Source: Octopus sinensis (Eukaryota). From it: a stretch of 64,000 bases of DNA. Below are positions 38,948 through 52,600 of the stretch, in pieces (the first letter of the stretch is position 1; each line of letters opens with the position of its first letter). The notes beneath the pieces were generated by a model, which saw nothing but the letters and a program-made list of their open reading frames with translations, ran no database searches and was not told where the DNA came from. Where the stretch lies: the NCBI RefSeq assembly GCF_006345805.1, contig NC_043004.1, forward strand, positions 104,222,001 to 104,286,000, in the 5' to 3' direction. Position numbers and translations under genes: made by a program.

Positions 38948-39309
38948 GAGAGAGAGAGAGATGCATACATACATACACACTCAAAGACATGTATATATCT
39001 GTAAATAAGCACTCATTATCACCTTATGCATAGACACATATATGCAAGCATAAACTTACATTAGCCACTCATATTTTTAATGGGCTTAGGATAAATATGA
39101 CAGTATATATGTACATGTATGCATATATGCACATGCATGTAATCAAAATACATATACAGATATACACGCATGTGCCAGATATCTGTGAACACACTTCAGC
39201 AGGCCTTATATGGAAGATAACATAATGCTATGTGGCATGTGCCAAATTTTAACTTGCTCTTTTCTCTTTCAGATATATTAGCATCATCAGTATAACAGAT
39301 TCCATTCTG

Positions 39310-39800
39310 ATACAGGGAATAAAAAGGCAAGCCATGCTCAAGACTCTAGTCACTAACCACATTAACTCAAAAGATCACAGCTTCTCAATTGCTCCTGGAT
39401 GCTTTGTATTCAAAATCAGGAAAGAGCTGGAGTCTTCTGGTAAGGGATGTGTTTTGTATGGTCAAAAGGCAGAAACATTCTTAGTAGTTAGACATCAACA
39501 GGATGGCTAAGTTTGTCCAGCATGTCTGTAATATCATTCATGATAACCCCAGTGGATCAATAAAAGCCATTACTGAACAACAGCTCAAGGTAGAAGAGTC
39601 CACTGTCAAACATGTAGTGCATGAGGACATCAAGTAGATGTCCTACATGATGAGGATAGGGTTGTTCATGTCCAACAAGGTCCAGGAAAACTGACCAATT
39701 ATGTGGTGCCTCTCCAACATCATATAATCTTCTTGCTGTCCTGATTTGAACCCCATAGATTTCGGCATATGAGATGTTATCAGAGAAGGAGTGGCTCAAA
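39310..39800 (+). mobile_element. Decayed Tc1/mariner-superfamily transposase fragment
   Basis: Degenerate IHDNPSGSIKAI..LKVEESTVKHVVHEDIK.SY (HTH region) and CPDLNPIDF (SPDLNP.D motif). Confidence 0.55.
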
Positions 39801-42034
39801 ACCCCACAGTATCAAAGACACACGTGGGTTGCCTTTATGAGTATGGTGATCAGCATTTTTGTTTAATGTATTGTTTTTTGAAGTATTTAGCTGAATGTGT
39901 TGGGGTTAGGGTAAGAATGGTATGAGTGTCGCAAATCCCATTTCCGTCTTCTTTAAAATTGTCTTTATGCCTGCCACCAGAACATAGCAGCAAATTGCAG
40001 ATGCTGTATTTTCCTTGAGATACCACCACGATAGTCATATCTTCTTACAAACCAATGATGGTGATGGAGACATTTCTTGGTTGCTAATCTTTCTAGAAAT
40101 AGCAGTTAAAATCTACATCAATTTACACTCCATTATCTTAAAAAAGGAAGAACAAACAGGACAATGTAGTCTTAGATGCATTGTAGTTGAAAATGAGATT
40201 GGATTGTTATAGCTAGAATACCTTTGGTCTGAGATTTTCTTGACCAAAGCTGGACTGAGGACAAAGAGCAACATTGTATTCAGCAGGACTCAGAAAGAAA
40301 TGTGTTTAGGAAAGTAGAATTTGTGTTTCACATTGTATTCTATGCTTGTTAGTCAGCTCACCTAAATGCAACAAATAGGTACCTACCGGTATTTGCTGGA
40401 TAGAATTAGTTGTGGCTTACATTAGCATCCACTGCTTTTAAGTGCATCACTCATCTCATCTGAGTTGCTTAAACCAACTGGCTTAGTGTTGATCCTACAG
40501 AATCTGTGTAGGTTATGAAAGGATGAATAGGTGCAGGCGTGGCTATGTGGTATGAAGTTTGCTTCCCAACCACATGGTTCCAGGTTCAGTCCTGCTGCAT
40601 CGCTTCTTGGGCAAGTGTCTTCCACTGTAGCCTTAAGCTGATCAAAGCCTTGTTAGTGAATTTAGTAGACAAAAACTGAAAGAAGTCCATTATGTGTGTG
40701 TGTCTAGATCTGTGTCTTTGTGTCTGTATTTGTTCCCCACCACCATTTGAGAACTGGTGTTGGTGTGTTTACATCTCTGTAACTTAGAAGTTCTGCAAAC
40801 GGTCTTGATAGAATAAGTACCAAGGTTGATTCATTTGATAGAGAATCCTCAAGGTGGTGCCCCAGCATGGCCACAGTCTGATGACTGAAATAAGTAAAAA
40901 GTAATCAAATTTGAATACTGGTAGTGACTAGGGTATATTACTTATTTTATGGTGAAGAAACTCACTTAAACTTTATGTGGCAGTCTGGCTGAGAAGCTTG
41001 CTTCCCAATCATGTGGTCTTGGGTTCCGTCCCACTGCATAGAAGGCTGACCAAAGCTTGAATAAACAGCCCGTCATGTTATATATATATGTTTTTGTGTC
41101 CTTGTGTTTGTTCCCCACTACTACTTGATATCCAGAGTTGGTTAGTTTATGTCCCTATAATTTAGCTGTTTAGCAAAAGACACTGATAGAATAAGTACCA
41201 AACTAAGTACTGGGGTTGATTTGTTTGACTAAGTCTTTTACAGTGGTGCCCCAGCATGGCATAGTCCAAAGACTGAAACAAGTAAAAGATAAAAGACCAT
41301 AGATGCAAGTTCAGTGAAATTAAATTCATGGAATATATTCCAGATCTGCCTGTTTTCACTTAGACATGGAGAGTAAAGTCAGCTTGTTTGCCTTCGATCA
41401 GTAACAGCTGTGAAATCATAATAGTAATGATGGTGAAGAAGGTGATGGTAATGATGATGATGATGATGATGATGATGCTGTTCTTAGTGAAAATAGTAGC
41501 CATATTGATTTCTGAGATAGACATTTGGCTTCTGATTTATAGGGAATAAAAGGAATGGATTGTTTTTGATGTTTTATAATATTTGATTCCTGTCTACTAC
41601 CAGGAATCAAAAATCAAAAACTGGTTGATTACATATAACAGAAATCAATAAAGGGTTTTTTTATTTCTTATATACAATGTCTGTGTTATTTTATAATAAA
41701 TTTGTAATAAAATGAAGTATTTTTGAAAATAAATTAAGAGTAAGATTAAATATTTATTCTCATAAAGACTTAATTAACTAATTTTCTTAATGGTATATGA
41801 TATAGTAGTGGTGGTGGTAGTGTGGTGGTCGTAGTAGTAGTAGTAGTTGTCATCGTGGAGCTGGTGGTTGTGGTGGTCCTTTCCAGTGCTGGCACCAAGC
41901 TTGAAATTTTGTTGGGTGGAGGCTAGTTGTTACATTAACCCCTCTGCTCAATTTGTTCTTATTTCATCAACCGTGAAAAGATGAAAGACAAAGCTGACCT
42001 CAGCAGAGTTTGAACTCAGAATGTAAAGCCAGAA

Positions 42035-42270
42035 GGTGGTGAGGTGGCAGAATCGTTAGCACGCCGGGCGAAATGCTTTGTGGTATTTCATCCGCCGCTG
42101 CGTTCTGAGTTCAAATTCCGCCGAAGTCGACTTTGCCTTTCATCCTTTTGGGGGGTCGATAAATTAAGTACCAGTTATGCACTGGGGTCGATGAAATTGA
42201 CTTAATCCGTTTGTCTGTCCTTGTTCGTCCCCTCTATGTTTAGCCCCTTGTGGGCAATAAAGAAATAAGA
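42035..42270 (+). mobile_element. SINE family B inserted in an older antisense relative
   Basis: 18-bp TSD AGAATGTAAAGCCAGAAG 42018-42035 / 42268-42285. Confidence 0.85.
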
Positions 42271-42377
42271 ATGTAAAGCCAGAAGATTTACTGCTGAGTA
42301 TTTTGTCCTGCATCATGACAATTCTGTCAGTTCACCATTTTCATAATAATGATAATAATAATAATAATAATAATAAT

Positions 42378-42586
42378 ACAGACAAATACATAACAAAAAC
42401 ACCAGGACTTACAAACACATATAACATACAGAAAATTGCACTACTAGGCACTGCACACATCCTACGCAGAACACTTTCCATACAATAACCATCAGAGCAT
42501 CACAACAAATCACAGCACATACCCAAGGCACACAGAGCTGCGCTCGGTAGTGAAGTGAAAGCACGCTATAAAAATAAAACTACTGA
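42378..42586 (+). mobile_element. R4/Dong-clade LINE 3' end inserted in (AAT)n
   Basis: Encodes IQKIALLGTAHILRRTLSIQ*, the R4/Dong C-terminal motif. (AAT)n on both sides. Confidence 0.75.
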
Positions 42587-43250
42587 ATAATAATAATAAT
42601 AATAGTATTTTTATAGATTAACTGTAATTAAAAGTATCCCTTGTCAGTATTCTACACTAATACAGTCAAGCAGTTATGCTGCTACATTGAACATAGTGTA
42701 ACACTTTCATGATCCTGTTTCTATTGAAATACTCTATTTAGGTTACACAATCATCAACTCTTTGGTGCTTTTAGCAGAGTTCACTTTGCTGGAAGCATTC
42801 AGATGTGATTCCATTTGTTTTCTCTACCCATCCATATTTTTCCTGCAAACATCAACCTGCTGATATTCAGTCTGGGCATCACCCTGTATCAGTCTCACCA
42901 TTCTGACAGGACCTGTAACAAGAATGGCTACTACTTGTCATTCTACCATTAAAAAAAAAAGGAAAAAAAGAAATTATTTACTTACATATAAATACATACA
43001 GACTGATGCTTATGTGTATATCATCGTCGACGTCGTCATTGTCATCCTCCTCTTCATCATTATCATCATTTAATGTTTGTTTTCCATGCTGGCATGGGTT
43101 GAATGACTTGACAGTAGCTGGCAAACTGGAGAGCTGCACCAGGCTCCAATCTTTTGTTTTGGCATGGTTTCTATGGCTGGATGCCCTTCCTAATGCCAAC
43201 CACTTTACGGAGTGTATTAGGTGCTTTTTATGTGGCTGCAGCAAAAGTGA

Positions 43251-43285
<35 letters not shown>

Positions 43286-43456
43286 AGAAATAAATTTTTA
43301 ATTCTCAAACGCGTGATAATGCTAATAAAATAGCATGAACAGGATAAATTATCCATATATTGCAGAAAAATACATTACCGGCCAGCCATGAATATATATA
43401 TATATAGCTTTTTTTAAATGTGTTAGAGAAAAAAGTACTCAATACCATATTGAGAC

Positions 43457-43990
43457 TACTGTATTTTCCGGTCTAAAAAACGCATTGATATTTGAGTCGC
43501 AGGGCCGAATTTGGGGGAAAATTTTGGTTTTATCCACACTCAAAGCACACCGGTGTTCAAAAGACCTATAGAGCTATGGGTCTGCAGCAAGCTTTTTTGT
43601 TGTTGATGTGTATGTAGTTTCAAAATGCCTTATTTCACAACTATGAGATGTATTGTTATTGTTATGATTTTATCTTACTATAATCAACAACGAACACATT
43701 TCATCAATATTAAAGTCTTTATTAGATTAGAAATAACATTATCAAAACATGGAGGTAAAACAAAACAAATATGCTTTGTTTTCTTCTGGGCACCAATGTA
43801 CTGTAGCAGTAGTCGTTCACATTGTTTACCAACTGACCTTTCCTCTGAAAAAAATCAGTGGAATCATTCGATTTCCATACACAAATTATTTTCCTCCTAA
43901 AAAATACACACATTAGGCACACCTTTCTCTAAGCTGCACACTCAATTTCCCAGGGAAAAATTTGCAGCTCATACACCGGAAAATACAGTA
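43457..43990. mobile_element. Tc1/mariner/pogo-type non-autonomous element
   Basis: TACTGTATTTTCCGGT ... ACCGGAAAATACAGTA inverted ends including TA. Confidence 0.7.
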
Positions 43991-44397
43991 ATCGGTTGTC
44001 TGTTACTCTGGATCACCCGAAACAGTGTCTATGTGTCTTTGTCTGTGTATGTATAGTAATGTAAAGTAAACCTTCTCTTTAACAGTGTATTGGGAAGAAG
44101 TTGTGGAAAATTTGTTAAATTGACAGTAATGAAAGTGTCAAAAAGTATTGGTGCACTTCTGACACATCCGGACTTGCAATAGTATTGTGTCTGTGGTCAG
44201 TTTCTAGAAGTGTGTCAAAAGAATTTTGACATTTTATAGTGAATAGTACTGTTAAGATGCAAGCATAAGTGAATGTAATAGTTTTGTTCATTCTTAAATG
44301 TCTAAAGCGACTTTTCCATGTCCTAAATGCTTCAGTTTCAATCTCAAATCAAGCACTTGCTAAAAATATGCAACTCTGAAATAAATATCCATATGTT

Positions 44398-44440
<43 letters not shown>

Positions 44441-44477
44441 AGATGCCTGTGAATGTGTGTGTGTGTATGTATGTATT

Positions 44478-44688
44478 CTTTTTCTTGTTTCAGTCATTTG
44501 ACTGTGGTCATGCTGGGGCACTGCCTTTAGTTGAGCAAATCAACCCCAGAGCTTATTCTTTGTAAGCCTAGTACTTATTTTATCAGTCTCTTTTGCCAAC
44601 CTGCTAAGTTACAGGGACGTAAACAAAGCAGCATCAGTTGTCAAGTGATGTTGGGGAGACAAACACAGACACACAAACGTATACACAA

Positions 44689-44731
<43 letters not shown>

Positions 44732-44880
44732 CGATGGGCTTCTTTTCAGTTTCCGTCTACCAAATCCACTCACAAGGCATTGGTCGGCCCGGGGCTATAG
44801 TAGAAGACACTTGTTCAAAGTGCCACGCGGTGGTACTGAACCCGGAACCATGTGGTTGGTAAGCAAGCTACTTACCACAC
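44478..44880 (-). mobile_element. SINE family A
   Basis: Reverse complement of consensus. Confidence 0.85.
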
Positions 44881-45184
44881 ACACACATATATATATTCAC
44901 ACACATATGAAATAACTCTTTTAGATAGCCATCCCCATGTTATGGCTACTTTCAGTTTACTGGATTTCACACTTAAAGGAATTGTAAAGTTCAACCTCCT
45001 ATTTTGGGGTACAGTAGTAATTTCACTACTTCAAAAACTTGGATACATTTTAAGAATTGAAAAACTACACTTTCTTATTAGCTAAAAGGTGGAATCTCAT
45101 TGCTTTAGCTAACATCGAGGTAGTTAACAATTTGAAAAACTATGATCACCATACATACATATGTATGTCACCATACATCTATAG

Positions 45185-45345
45185 GTATGTATGCAGTTGT
45201 TCTATGCAGATTACAAGTTCAGGTTTATACCAGTAATTATTGGGATTCTGAGATATGTAACACACTGCCTAAGTACCAATCTTGAGAAGTTAGGCTTCTC
45301 AAAACCAGAAAGGAGAAAGCTTTTTCAAAGACTACAAATCCAAGC
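45185..45345 (+). mobile_element. REL-endonuclease LINE C-terminal relic
   Basis: LFYADYKFRFIPVIIGILRYV..L..NLEKLG..LQ resembles the VP(I/V)VIGALG region of R4/NeSL elements. Confidence 0.45.
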
Positions 45346-45369
45346 TCAGATTAACATCAAAGGGTGGGT

Positions 45370-48250
45370 TGGTCTTAATTTTGCTAAGTGACAGAGGACA
45401 GCCGAAAACTGAGAGAAGTAGTGAAATCTGGCTTTTTTGTCATCAATGCATGTCCCAACAGCTATACAATCAAGGGTTTAGAAGGAAGGACTCATGTTTC
45501 ACTCTAAAAATCTAAGGGCTTTCTAAGGTTGCACGCTGTTTAATTTGCCTCCAATTTGGTATTCAAATAAGTCATGAATGGCTAAGGTCTGTTTGCGATG
45601 GTGATTTACAAACAATTCTTGTCCTGCTGTAGAAAGGTGTTATTGCTTCAATTAGTTAGTTAGTTAGTTAGTTAGTTAATTTGGCTCAAAAGCAAATAGC
45701 AAGGAAATGTAGGGGGACATGGAGTTAAGTACAGGGTGGTGTTCATGTAAAGAGTTCAGGCCACTTGAGGTCAAGGGAGGCTTTGAACAAAGCGGTCGTC
45801 GGCATCTTCACCATCTCGTCTGGCAGCTTGTTCCACGGATCCGCAACCCGGACGGAGAAAGCTCCTCTCCTTCGATTGAGATGAAATCGTCGCAGGTAGA
45901 GCTTTTCGGAATGACCCCGCAGGCGATGCTCTGGAGGAGGAGTGAAGAACAGCTCTTTCGAGAGGTTACACTTTCTGCTTATGATGTTGTGAGCGAGAAT
46001 GAGATCACCACGGCGTCGTCGTTTTTCTAGAGAATAAAGGTCGAGCGTCCTCAGCCTTTCTTCATAAGACAAATTTTTGAGACCATGAACTATGCGGGTA
46101 GCCAGCTTCTGGACTCTTTCGAGATGCTGTATGTCTTTGAGGAGATAAGGAGAAGAGGCTTGAATCCCGTACTCCAATATGGGTCTCACCAGCGTGACAT
46201 AGAGTGGTAGGAATATGGCTGCTGTGAGCATTCCAAATGACCGTCGAATCAAGAACAGAATTCCGCGTGCTTTGTTGGTGGCATGGACGCACTGGGCCGA
46301 AGGCGAAAAGGAGGAATCCACCAAGATACCCAGGTCCTTTACCTGATCGGTCCTCTCCAGCAGCAGACGACCCGGCTCGAAATCAAGTTGAGTTGCAGGA
46401 GGAGAGCCAACAGGCAGATGACAGCACTTTGACATGTTCAGACACAGGTCCCATTTGTTAGACCACTTCCAAATTTGGTGGAGGCATCGACGAAGATCCT
46501 CTATATCACCGCGAGGAGCGACCAGTTTGATATCGTCGGCAAATAGAAGGGTGTGTTGCGTGAGGTCGTCGGGCAAGTCATTTATGAAGACTAAGAACAA
46601 TAAGGGCCCAAGCACTGAACCCTGAGGCACGCCACTGCTCACACTGGAGACGTCGGACCGCGAACCATTAACTTGGACTTGGAAGGAGCGATCTGAGAGG
46701 AAGGCACCAACCCATCGTACAATATCCGGATGGAAACTATATGCTTGAAGCTTGACAAGTAATAGGCGGTGGTTTACCGAGTCAAAAGCTTTGGCAAAGT
46801 CCAATAAAACGATGTCAACAGCATCACTATCATCGAGGATGTGCGTCACCAATTCTTCCATTACCAATTACTTCAATGTCAGGTGTTATATTTCTACTGC
46901 TTCTTTTACACATTGTAGCAAGCCACCCGGTGATCTCAAATGAGCTTTCTGATAATAGAGAAGAATATATCCTCAAAAGTACAACTTTGATCCAGCGAGA
47001 ACTTATAACTTATGAAAGCAATAATCAGAGAGGATAAACCTGTTATTAGAGACTTTTGGAAGAAGTTCAACATAATGGGTGCTGCCTCTTAGGATTAAAT
47101 GAAACCCTCAACTTTGAATTATGCTTTGAAAAATATATGGCCGGACTGTACCTGTGACTTTACAAGTTTTCCACAAGTGAAAATTCAACATCAAATTCAG
47201 GAGATATTGTGACATTTACAAATTGTGTAGCATTTGAAGAGGATGATATGGTTGAATTGCTAGTGTCCCATAGAACAAGTTTATCTGACAAGGAGCTGAT
47301 GCTATTTGAACAAGAGCAGTCTGAGAATACAGAAATTCCACCAACTTCCACTTAAATTGAGCTCCTTTTGAGTGTTGGGCCTCATGGAGGCAATGACTGA
47401 GACCTTTGGCATTATGTCATGCTTGAGAAGAAGACCCATCAAGCCAAGCAAAATAGCAGTCATGGCAGATACTGGTGGCTTGTAAAAGCACCCATTACAC
47501 TCTCGGAGTGGTTGGCATTAGGAATGGCATCCAAATCATGCCAAATCAGACTGGAACCTGGTACAGCCGTCAAGTGTGCCAGCCCAGTTAAACAGTCTAA
47601 CCCATGCCAGCATGGGCAATGGACATTAAATATTGATGATGATTCACTTAGATTGACTGCAAAGAAAATTGCTAAAGGGTTGGCATAGATGAAGGGTTCT
47701 GCAAGGTTTTGCTTAAAGCAGCCCTAATTGCAAACATAACATGAAAATTACAAGAGAAGTTTATAATGTGCTCAGTTTCCTCACAGAGTTGTATAAAGAG
47801 AGGATGTGCCATAAATATCAAGCAATTTTTTAATAAGTTCTTTATCCCTCAGGTAGACGTTGATGATGATGAACCATAAGATAGAAGATAGAACCCTCAT
47901 CCTCCCAGTACCTCTCATTCCCCCACCACCCCTTACACAGTCAATTTCTTTAGTGGTAAGAACATATCCTGTTATGGTGTTATGGTTCTTATTTATTTCC
48001 TAACATATTTCTCTTCAAATGTTTCTGTATACATAATTGTCCAGTGTGTGTTTAGAAATTGATGTGGTTGTGTTGCTTGTCTTTTTTTATTGTTAATGTT
48101 GTTTCACAAAAAATTAAAAAAATAAAAATCTATTGGAACGCATTATTACTTTGTAATATGAAAATCAAGGCAAAAGGAATTTTGTCTTCCAGAATTTCAT
48201 ATTACAAGTTTTTCAGAAGTCTATTACTCATGTAATGTGGGGGATTTCCT
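45370..48250 (+). mobile_element. Decayed Tigger/pogo-like DNA transposon, interrupted by the CR1 and a short repeat
   Basis: Degenerate translations FHSKNLRAF..LPPIWYSNK before the CR1, and RDFWKKFNI, KNIWPDC, EEDDMVELLVSHRTSLSDKELMLFEQE after it, resembling Tigger/CENP-B DDE motifs. Many stops. Confidence 0.6.
45653..46866 (-). mobile_element. CR1-clade LINE, 5'-truncated, open RT/C-terminal ORF (45743-46867)
   Basis: Motifs DFAKAFDSV, SGVPQGSVLGPLLF, LFADD, LVRPILEY, LERVQ, YEERL..L.L.SLE.RR.RGDLI, WNKLP. (AACT)n tail. Probable TSD ATTGCTTCAAT 45642-45652 / ATTACTTCAAT 46867-46877. Confidence 0.93.
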
Positions 48251-49739
48251 ACATTTGCTTAATTAGTCTTTGGAACAATTAAGTTCCTGAGTCTATTTTA
48301 ATGTTTCAGTAGTACCATGTCAGCCTAATTCTCTACATGAAATTATGAAAGTAGTGCATTGTCACAATTTATTGTAGGCAGCAAAGGATCATGGGAATAA
48401 TGTTGTACTGGATTTTAAATTGTCAAATGGTTAACTATTATTTCTTACTTTGATAGTTGATGCCATCCGTGCTATGTCTGTTGAATTTTAGTTTACATTT
48501 GGTATTATTTCTAGAAATTTGTTTAAATAAAACTAAAACTATATTTAGTCATAAGAATACAAAAATACTCTTTGTCTAATTTTTCAGTGTTATTTTTATT
48601 CTTCAACTAATTCTGTTATTGTAATTAGGATGTAGGTGTGTTTATATTGCTTTTGTAATTAATCAATGTTTGGCTTGTAATTCCATTTGCTTTAATGAGG
48701 AAGAAGTAAATATATGAAACTTAAAGCGACAGAATTGAAATGCTTGGAATTTTTGCTATCTTTAAGTTACATCAACATTTTTCAAACATTTATCTACAAT
48801 CATCTCAGCAGTCGGCAGAAAGAGCTCTCCTAAAATCTCTCTCACAGAAAAGAAGTGTTTTTTTTTATCAACATCTCTCTCTCTCATACACACACACACA
48901 CAAATACACAAACACAGGTGCACATGGCTAAAAGTCTGTCCTCACTGCATGGACACAGTCAGTTGGTATCCTCTACTAACCATAGAATAGCCAGAGCCTC
49001 GTGAGTGAAACTGGGTAGATGGGAACTAGAAGAAGCTTATTGTGTGTGTTGGAGTGACTGTTTATGTGAGGAGTATATATCCCTCTCTTCTGGTTTTCAC
49101 ATATATGTGTTGATTGTAAATAGAGTTGCTATTCATAAAAGCAATGTCATTTGTATATAATCCTCCACAAAAGCATGCCTAGATTTTTTTGTTGTTTATA
49201 AGACGAGAGAAAACATTATTTTACTAGGAAGCAGTTGAGGTTTGGCAACACTGAAGGACATCTTGCTATAGAAAAATCTGCTAATCTGCATTAACTGAGA
49301 TATCATTTGAACCCATGCAAGCATGGAAAAGTAGGTAGTAAAGCAGTGATGATGCATATGTAGTAGGACTTGTTTTTCCTGTTGAGAAAAGGTTTCATAA
49401 GCAACAAACAGGATCTTTCAAACTGAATAATGACATTATGAAGAATCTAAGTAACGATGTCCAATGACAGCTTGTTAAATTCTTTGGCTGATGTCAGCAA
49501 AAATTCTAGCAAACCAGAAGTTGTTTAAAAAAAATCTGTCAAGCTTTGATTTCAGAATATCACAGCTTAGAAAAAGAAGAATGAAAGGCAGATGGCTAAT
49601 AAGACAGAACTGAACAGACAGAGAGGAGAGACGCAGTCATATTAAGTTCTGCTTAATTCAATATCAGTTGCTTTTCAATTGTTACACTGGTCAACTTAAA
49701 CATTCTGCAACACATAATGAACTAAAAAAAAAAAAAATC

Positions 49740-49899
49740 AGGAGTGGCTGAGTGGTAAGTAGCTTGCTAACCAACCACATGGTTCCGGGTTCAGTCCCAC
49801 TGCGTGGCATCTTGCGCAAGTGTCTTCTGCTATAGCCCCAGGCCAACCAATGCCTTGTGAGTGGATTTGGTAGACGGAAACTGAAAGAAGCCTGTCGTA

Positions 49900-49945
<46 letters not shown>

Positions 49946-50156
49946 CTTGTGTGTCTGTGTTTGTCCCCCTAGCATTGCTTGACAACCGATGCTGGTGTGT
50001 TTACGTCCCCGTCACTTAGCGGTTCGGCAAAAGAGACCGATAGAATAAGTACTGGGCTTCCAAAGAATAAGTCCCGGGGTTTATTTGCTCGACTAAAGGC
50101 GGTGCTCCAGCATGGCCGCAGTCAAATGACTGAAACAAGTAAAAGAGTAAAAGAGT
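49740..50156 (+). mobile_element. SINE family A, young copy
   Basis: Near-identical to the 20880 copy. Confidence 0.9.
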
Positions 50157-50467
50157 AACCTCACTTGGAGACTCCTATGTTTTCACTCACCCTTTCTTTC
50201 TTTCTCTATGTGTCTCTCTTTCATCTACTCACAAGTTGTGCTGTCCAGTTACATTACTAAGATAAGCACAACATCCTCTTCAAGAATCAGGTCCCAATGT
50301 TAATCTCATTTTTCCAACTCAATTTTGGTATTTTCTTTTCTTGGAAGAGTCGTGTTCCATTTTTAACCATTAGAAATAAAACTAATGATGAGCTTAAATG
50401 ACAGACTACTCAAATTTCTCTTTCATATTTTCCTCATTGTCAAATGAATCTTATTGATAAATATATG

Positions 50468-50655
50468 CGGGTGGCACGTAAAAAGCACCCACTACACTCA
50501 CGGAGTGGTTGGTGTTAGGAAGGGCATCCAGCCGTAGAAACACTGCCAGATCTGACTGGGCCTGATGAAGCCTTCCGGCTTCACAGACCCCAGTTGAACC
50601 GTCCAACCCATGCTAGCATGGAAAACGGACGCTAAATGATGATGATGATGATGAT
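50468..50655 (+). mobile_element. Short non-LTR-type repeat with (TGA)n tail (family D)
   Basis: GTTAGGAAGGGCATCCAGCC..CCAACCCATGC.AGCATGGAAAA..TAAATGATGATG. Relatives at 43040-43245 (-), 47365-47643, 1757-1800, 60925-60980 (-). Confidence 0.75.
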
Positions 50656-51049
50656 ATGTGTATGTGTGTGTAATGCAGAAAGAAGGGTTTAGAAGTTCAT
50701 TTTCCAACCACATGAGTGGCAACCTGAGCTGATGGATTTGGTTGGTGGAAACTGAAAGAAGCTCATATGTGAGTGTGTGTGTGTGTGTGTACACATACAA
50801 TAATGCCATTGAGAGGAAGGCCTCAAAATGGCACACATTCTCCCCTGATGACCCCATAAGCTTGCTAACATCTGGTTTGCAGAGCTTTCAAATGTTAGCA
50901 CTTGCTTTCAAAAAAATCTGAAAATATGACTGAAAGGGTTCCTTTGTATTGCTCAATTCCATTTTTTGGCTGATTTCCCACACTACTTGAATATGTTATT
51001 GTGGCATTCTTTTACAGCTAGATGGCCTACCTGTTACTAAACTATTACC

Positions 51050-51490
51050 TGTTTTCAAGTAGGGGGATCTTTAATTTCATATATCTTCAAAGGCATGAAG
51101 TGAGCAGACGATTTGTCGACATAAGTGACAACGGCACCATTCACAGCTAACAACTTCCATGGAGCACAAACGTAAAGTGCAAACTTAGAGTAAACAGCCA
51201 AATGCATGACAGTCATCTTTCTCAGCTTCTTCATTGTCAATGGCATTTCTGACCGTCTGACCGCTCAGATGACGATTCAGCCCCTCTGCAAATCTGTTTG
51301 ATTTGAAGCAAAGGTGACAAACGAAAATTGTAACTTTCACAGGATTGATCCGATCACTTTGTGGAATGTGATTCTTGTGAACTATTGTATGTCTCTTCAG
51401 ACCCAAATTCAACTTGTAAGTCCTTTCACTCACTAAGCACATCAAATCACCGGGTCTAGGAGGAAGGATGCTGCATATCTTTCATGGGAC
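51050..51490 (-). mobile_element. Decayed LINE 3' end with C2H2-like fingers (probably RTE)
   Basis: CLVSERTYKLNLGLKRHTIVH and FVCHLCFKSNRFAEGLNRHL, degenerate fingers like those of the RTE at 1327-1730. Confidence 0.4.
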
Positions 51491-52284
51491 TTTGTGATGG
51501 TTGTCATACCCAGCCTCAGAAAGGAGTACACAGCCACACATTTCACACCTCCAACTTTTTGTTCTCATAGAGGTTCTCATGCATGCATGCATACATACAT
51601 ACGCACATGCTTATGCGCGCACACACACACACACACACAAACAAACAAACAAGTATGCACACATATAAACACATACACACGCACACATGCACTCACAAAT
51701 CTTTGGCTGGTCTGGGGTTATAAAAGTCACTTGTCTTTGAGATTTTCTTTCTAATCAAGTCTAATACAATTTATTAAATATTATATGCATATTCTATAAT
51801 TGTTTTTATTCATCACAATCTTTTGTTTCAATCTTTAGACTGCGTCCATGCTGGAGCACGACCTTGAAGAATTTGTTTCAGTTGAATGAATTAACCCCTA
51901 TTCTTAATTTCCTTTTGTTTTTAAGCCTGTTACTTATCCTGTTATCAGTCCTTTTTCCTGAACCCCTAAGTTACAAGGATGTAAATACACCAACACTGGG
52001 TGTCACATAGTGGGGTATGGGGACAAGCACAAGCACAAAAGCACACAGATACATAGGTATGTAGGGGAAGGTAAGTCCTTATAAAAAGCCTGAAGTGCAG
52101 TTAACATTCTATTGTGTCACTGGTTTTGTAGCTGATTGCTTTGAAAAGTGGGTTTATTGCTGTAGAACACTTTAACCACTCGAAACAAATTCACACACAG
52201 GAACTTCTTGGACTCTTGGAATATTTACATGGACTTAATGGGTTTAGGAAGTGGTTTAAGTTGGTCACGAGTTTACTTCCACCT

Positions 52285-52600
52285 TGTATGTATGTGTGTG
52301 TGCATGTATGTATGTATGTATGTATGTACGTATGTATGTATGTATGTGTGTGTATGTATGTATGCATGTTGTATGTATGTATGTATGTATGAGTATGTAT
52401 GTATGTATGTGTGTGTATGTATGTGTGTATGTATGCATCTATGTATGTATGTGTGCATGTATGTATGTATGTGTGCATGTATGTATGTATGTATGTATGT
52501 ATGTGTGCATGTATGTATGTGTGTGTGTGTATGTATGTGTGTGTATGTATGTGTGTATGTGTGTGTATGTATGTGTGTGTGTATGTATGTATGTATGCAT
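52285..52600. repeat. Compound (TATG)n/(TG)n microsatellite
   Basis: Direct inspection. Similar tracts at 38755-38960 and 61900-62400. Confidence 0.95.

Noticed and set aside
45719-46943. Plus-strand and alternate-frame ORFs over the CR1
   Set aside because: Shadow frames of the GC-rich RT sequence.
51185-51445. Possible host C2H2 zinc-finger gene exon
   Set aside because: Fingers are degenerate, there is no TGEKP linker or clear splice context, and a LINE tail fits better.
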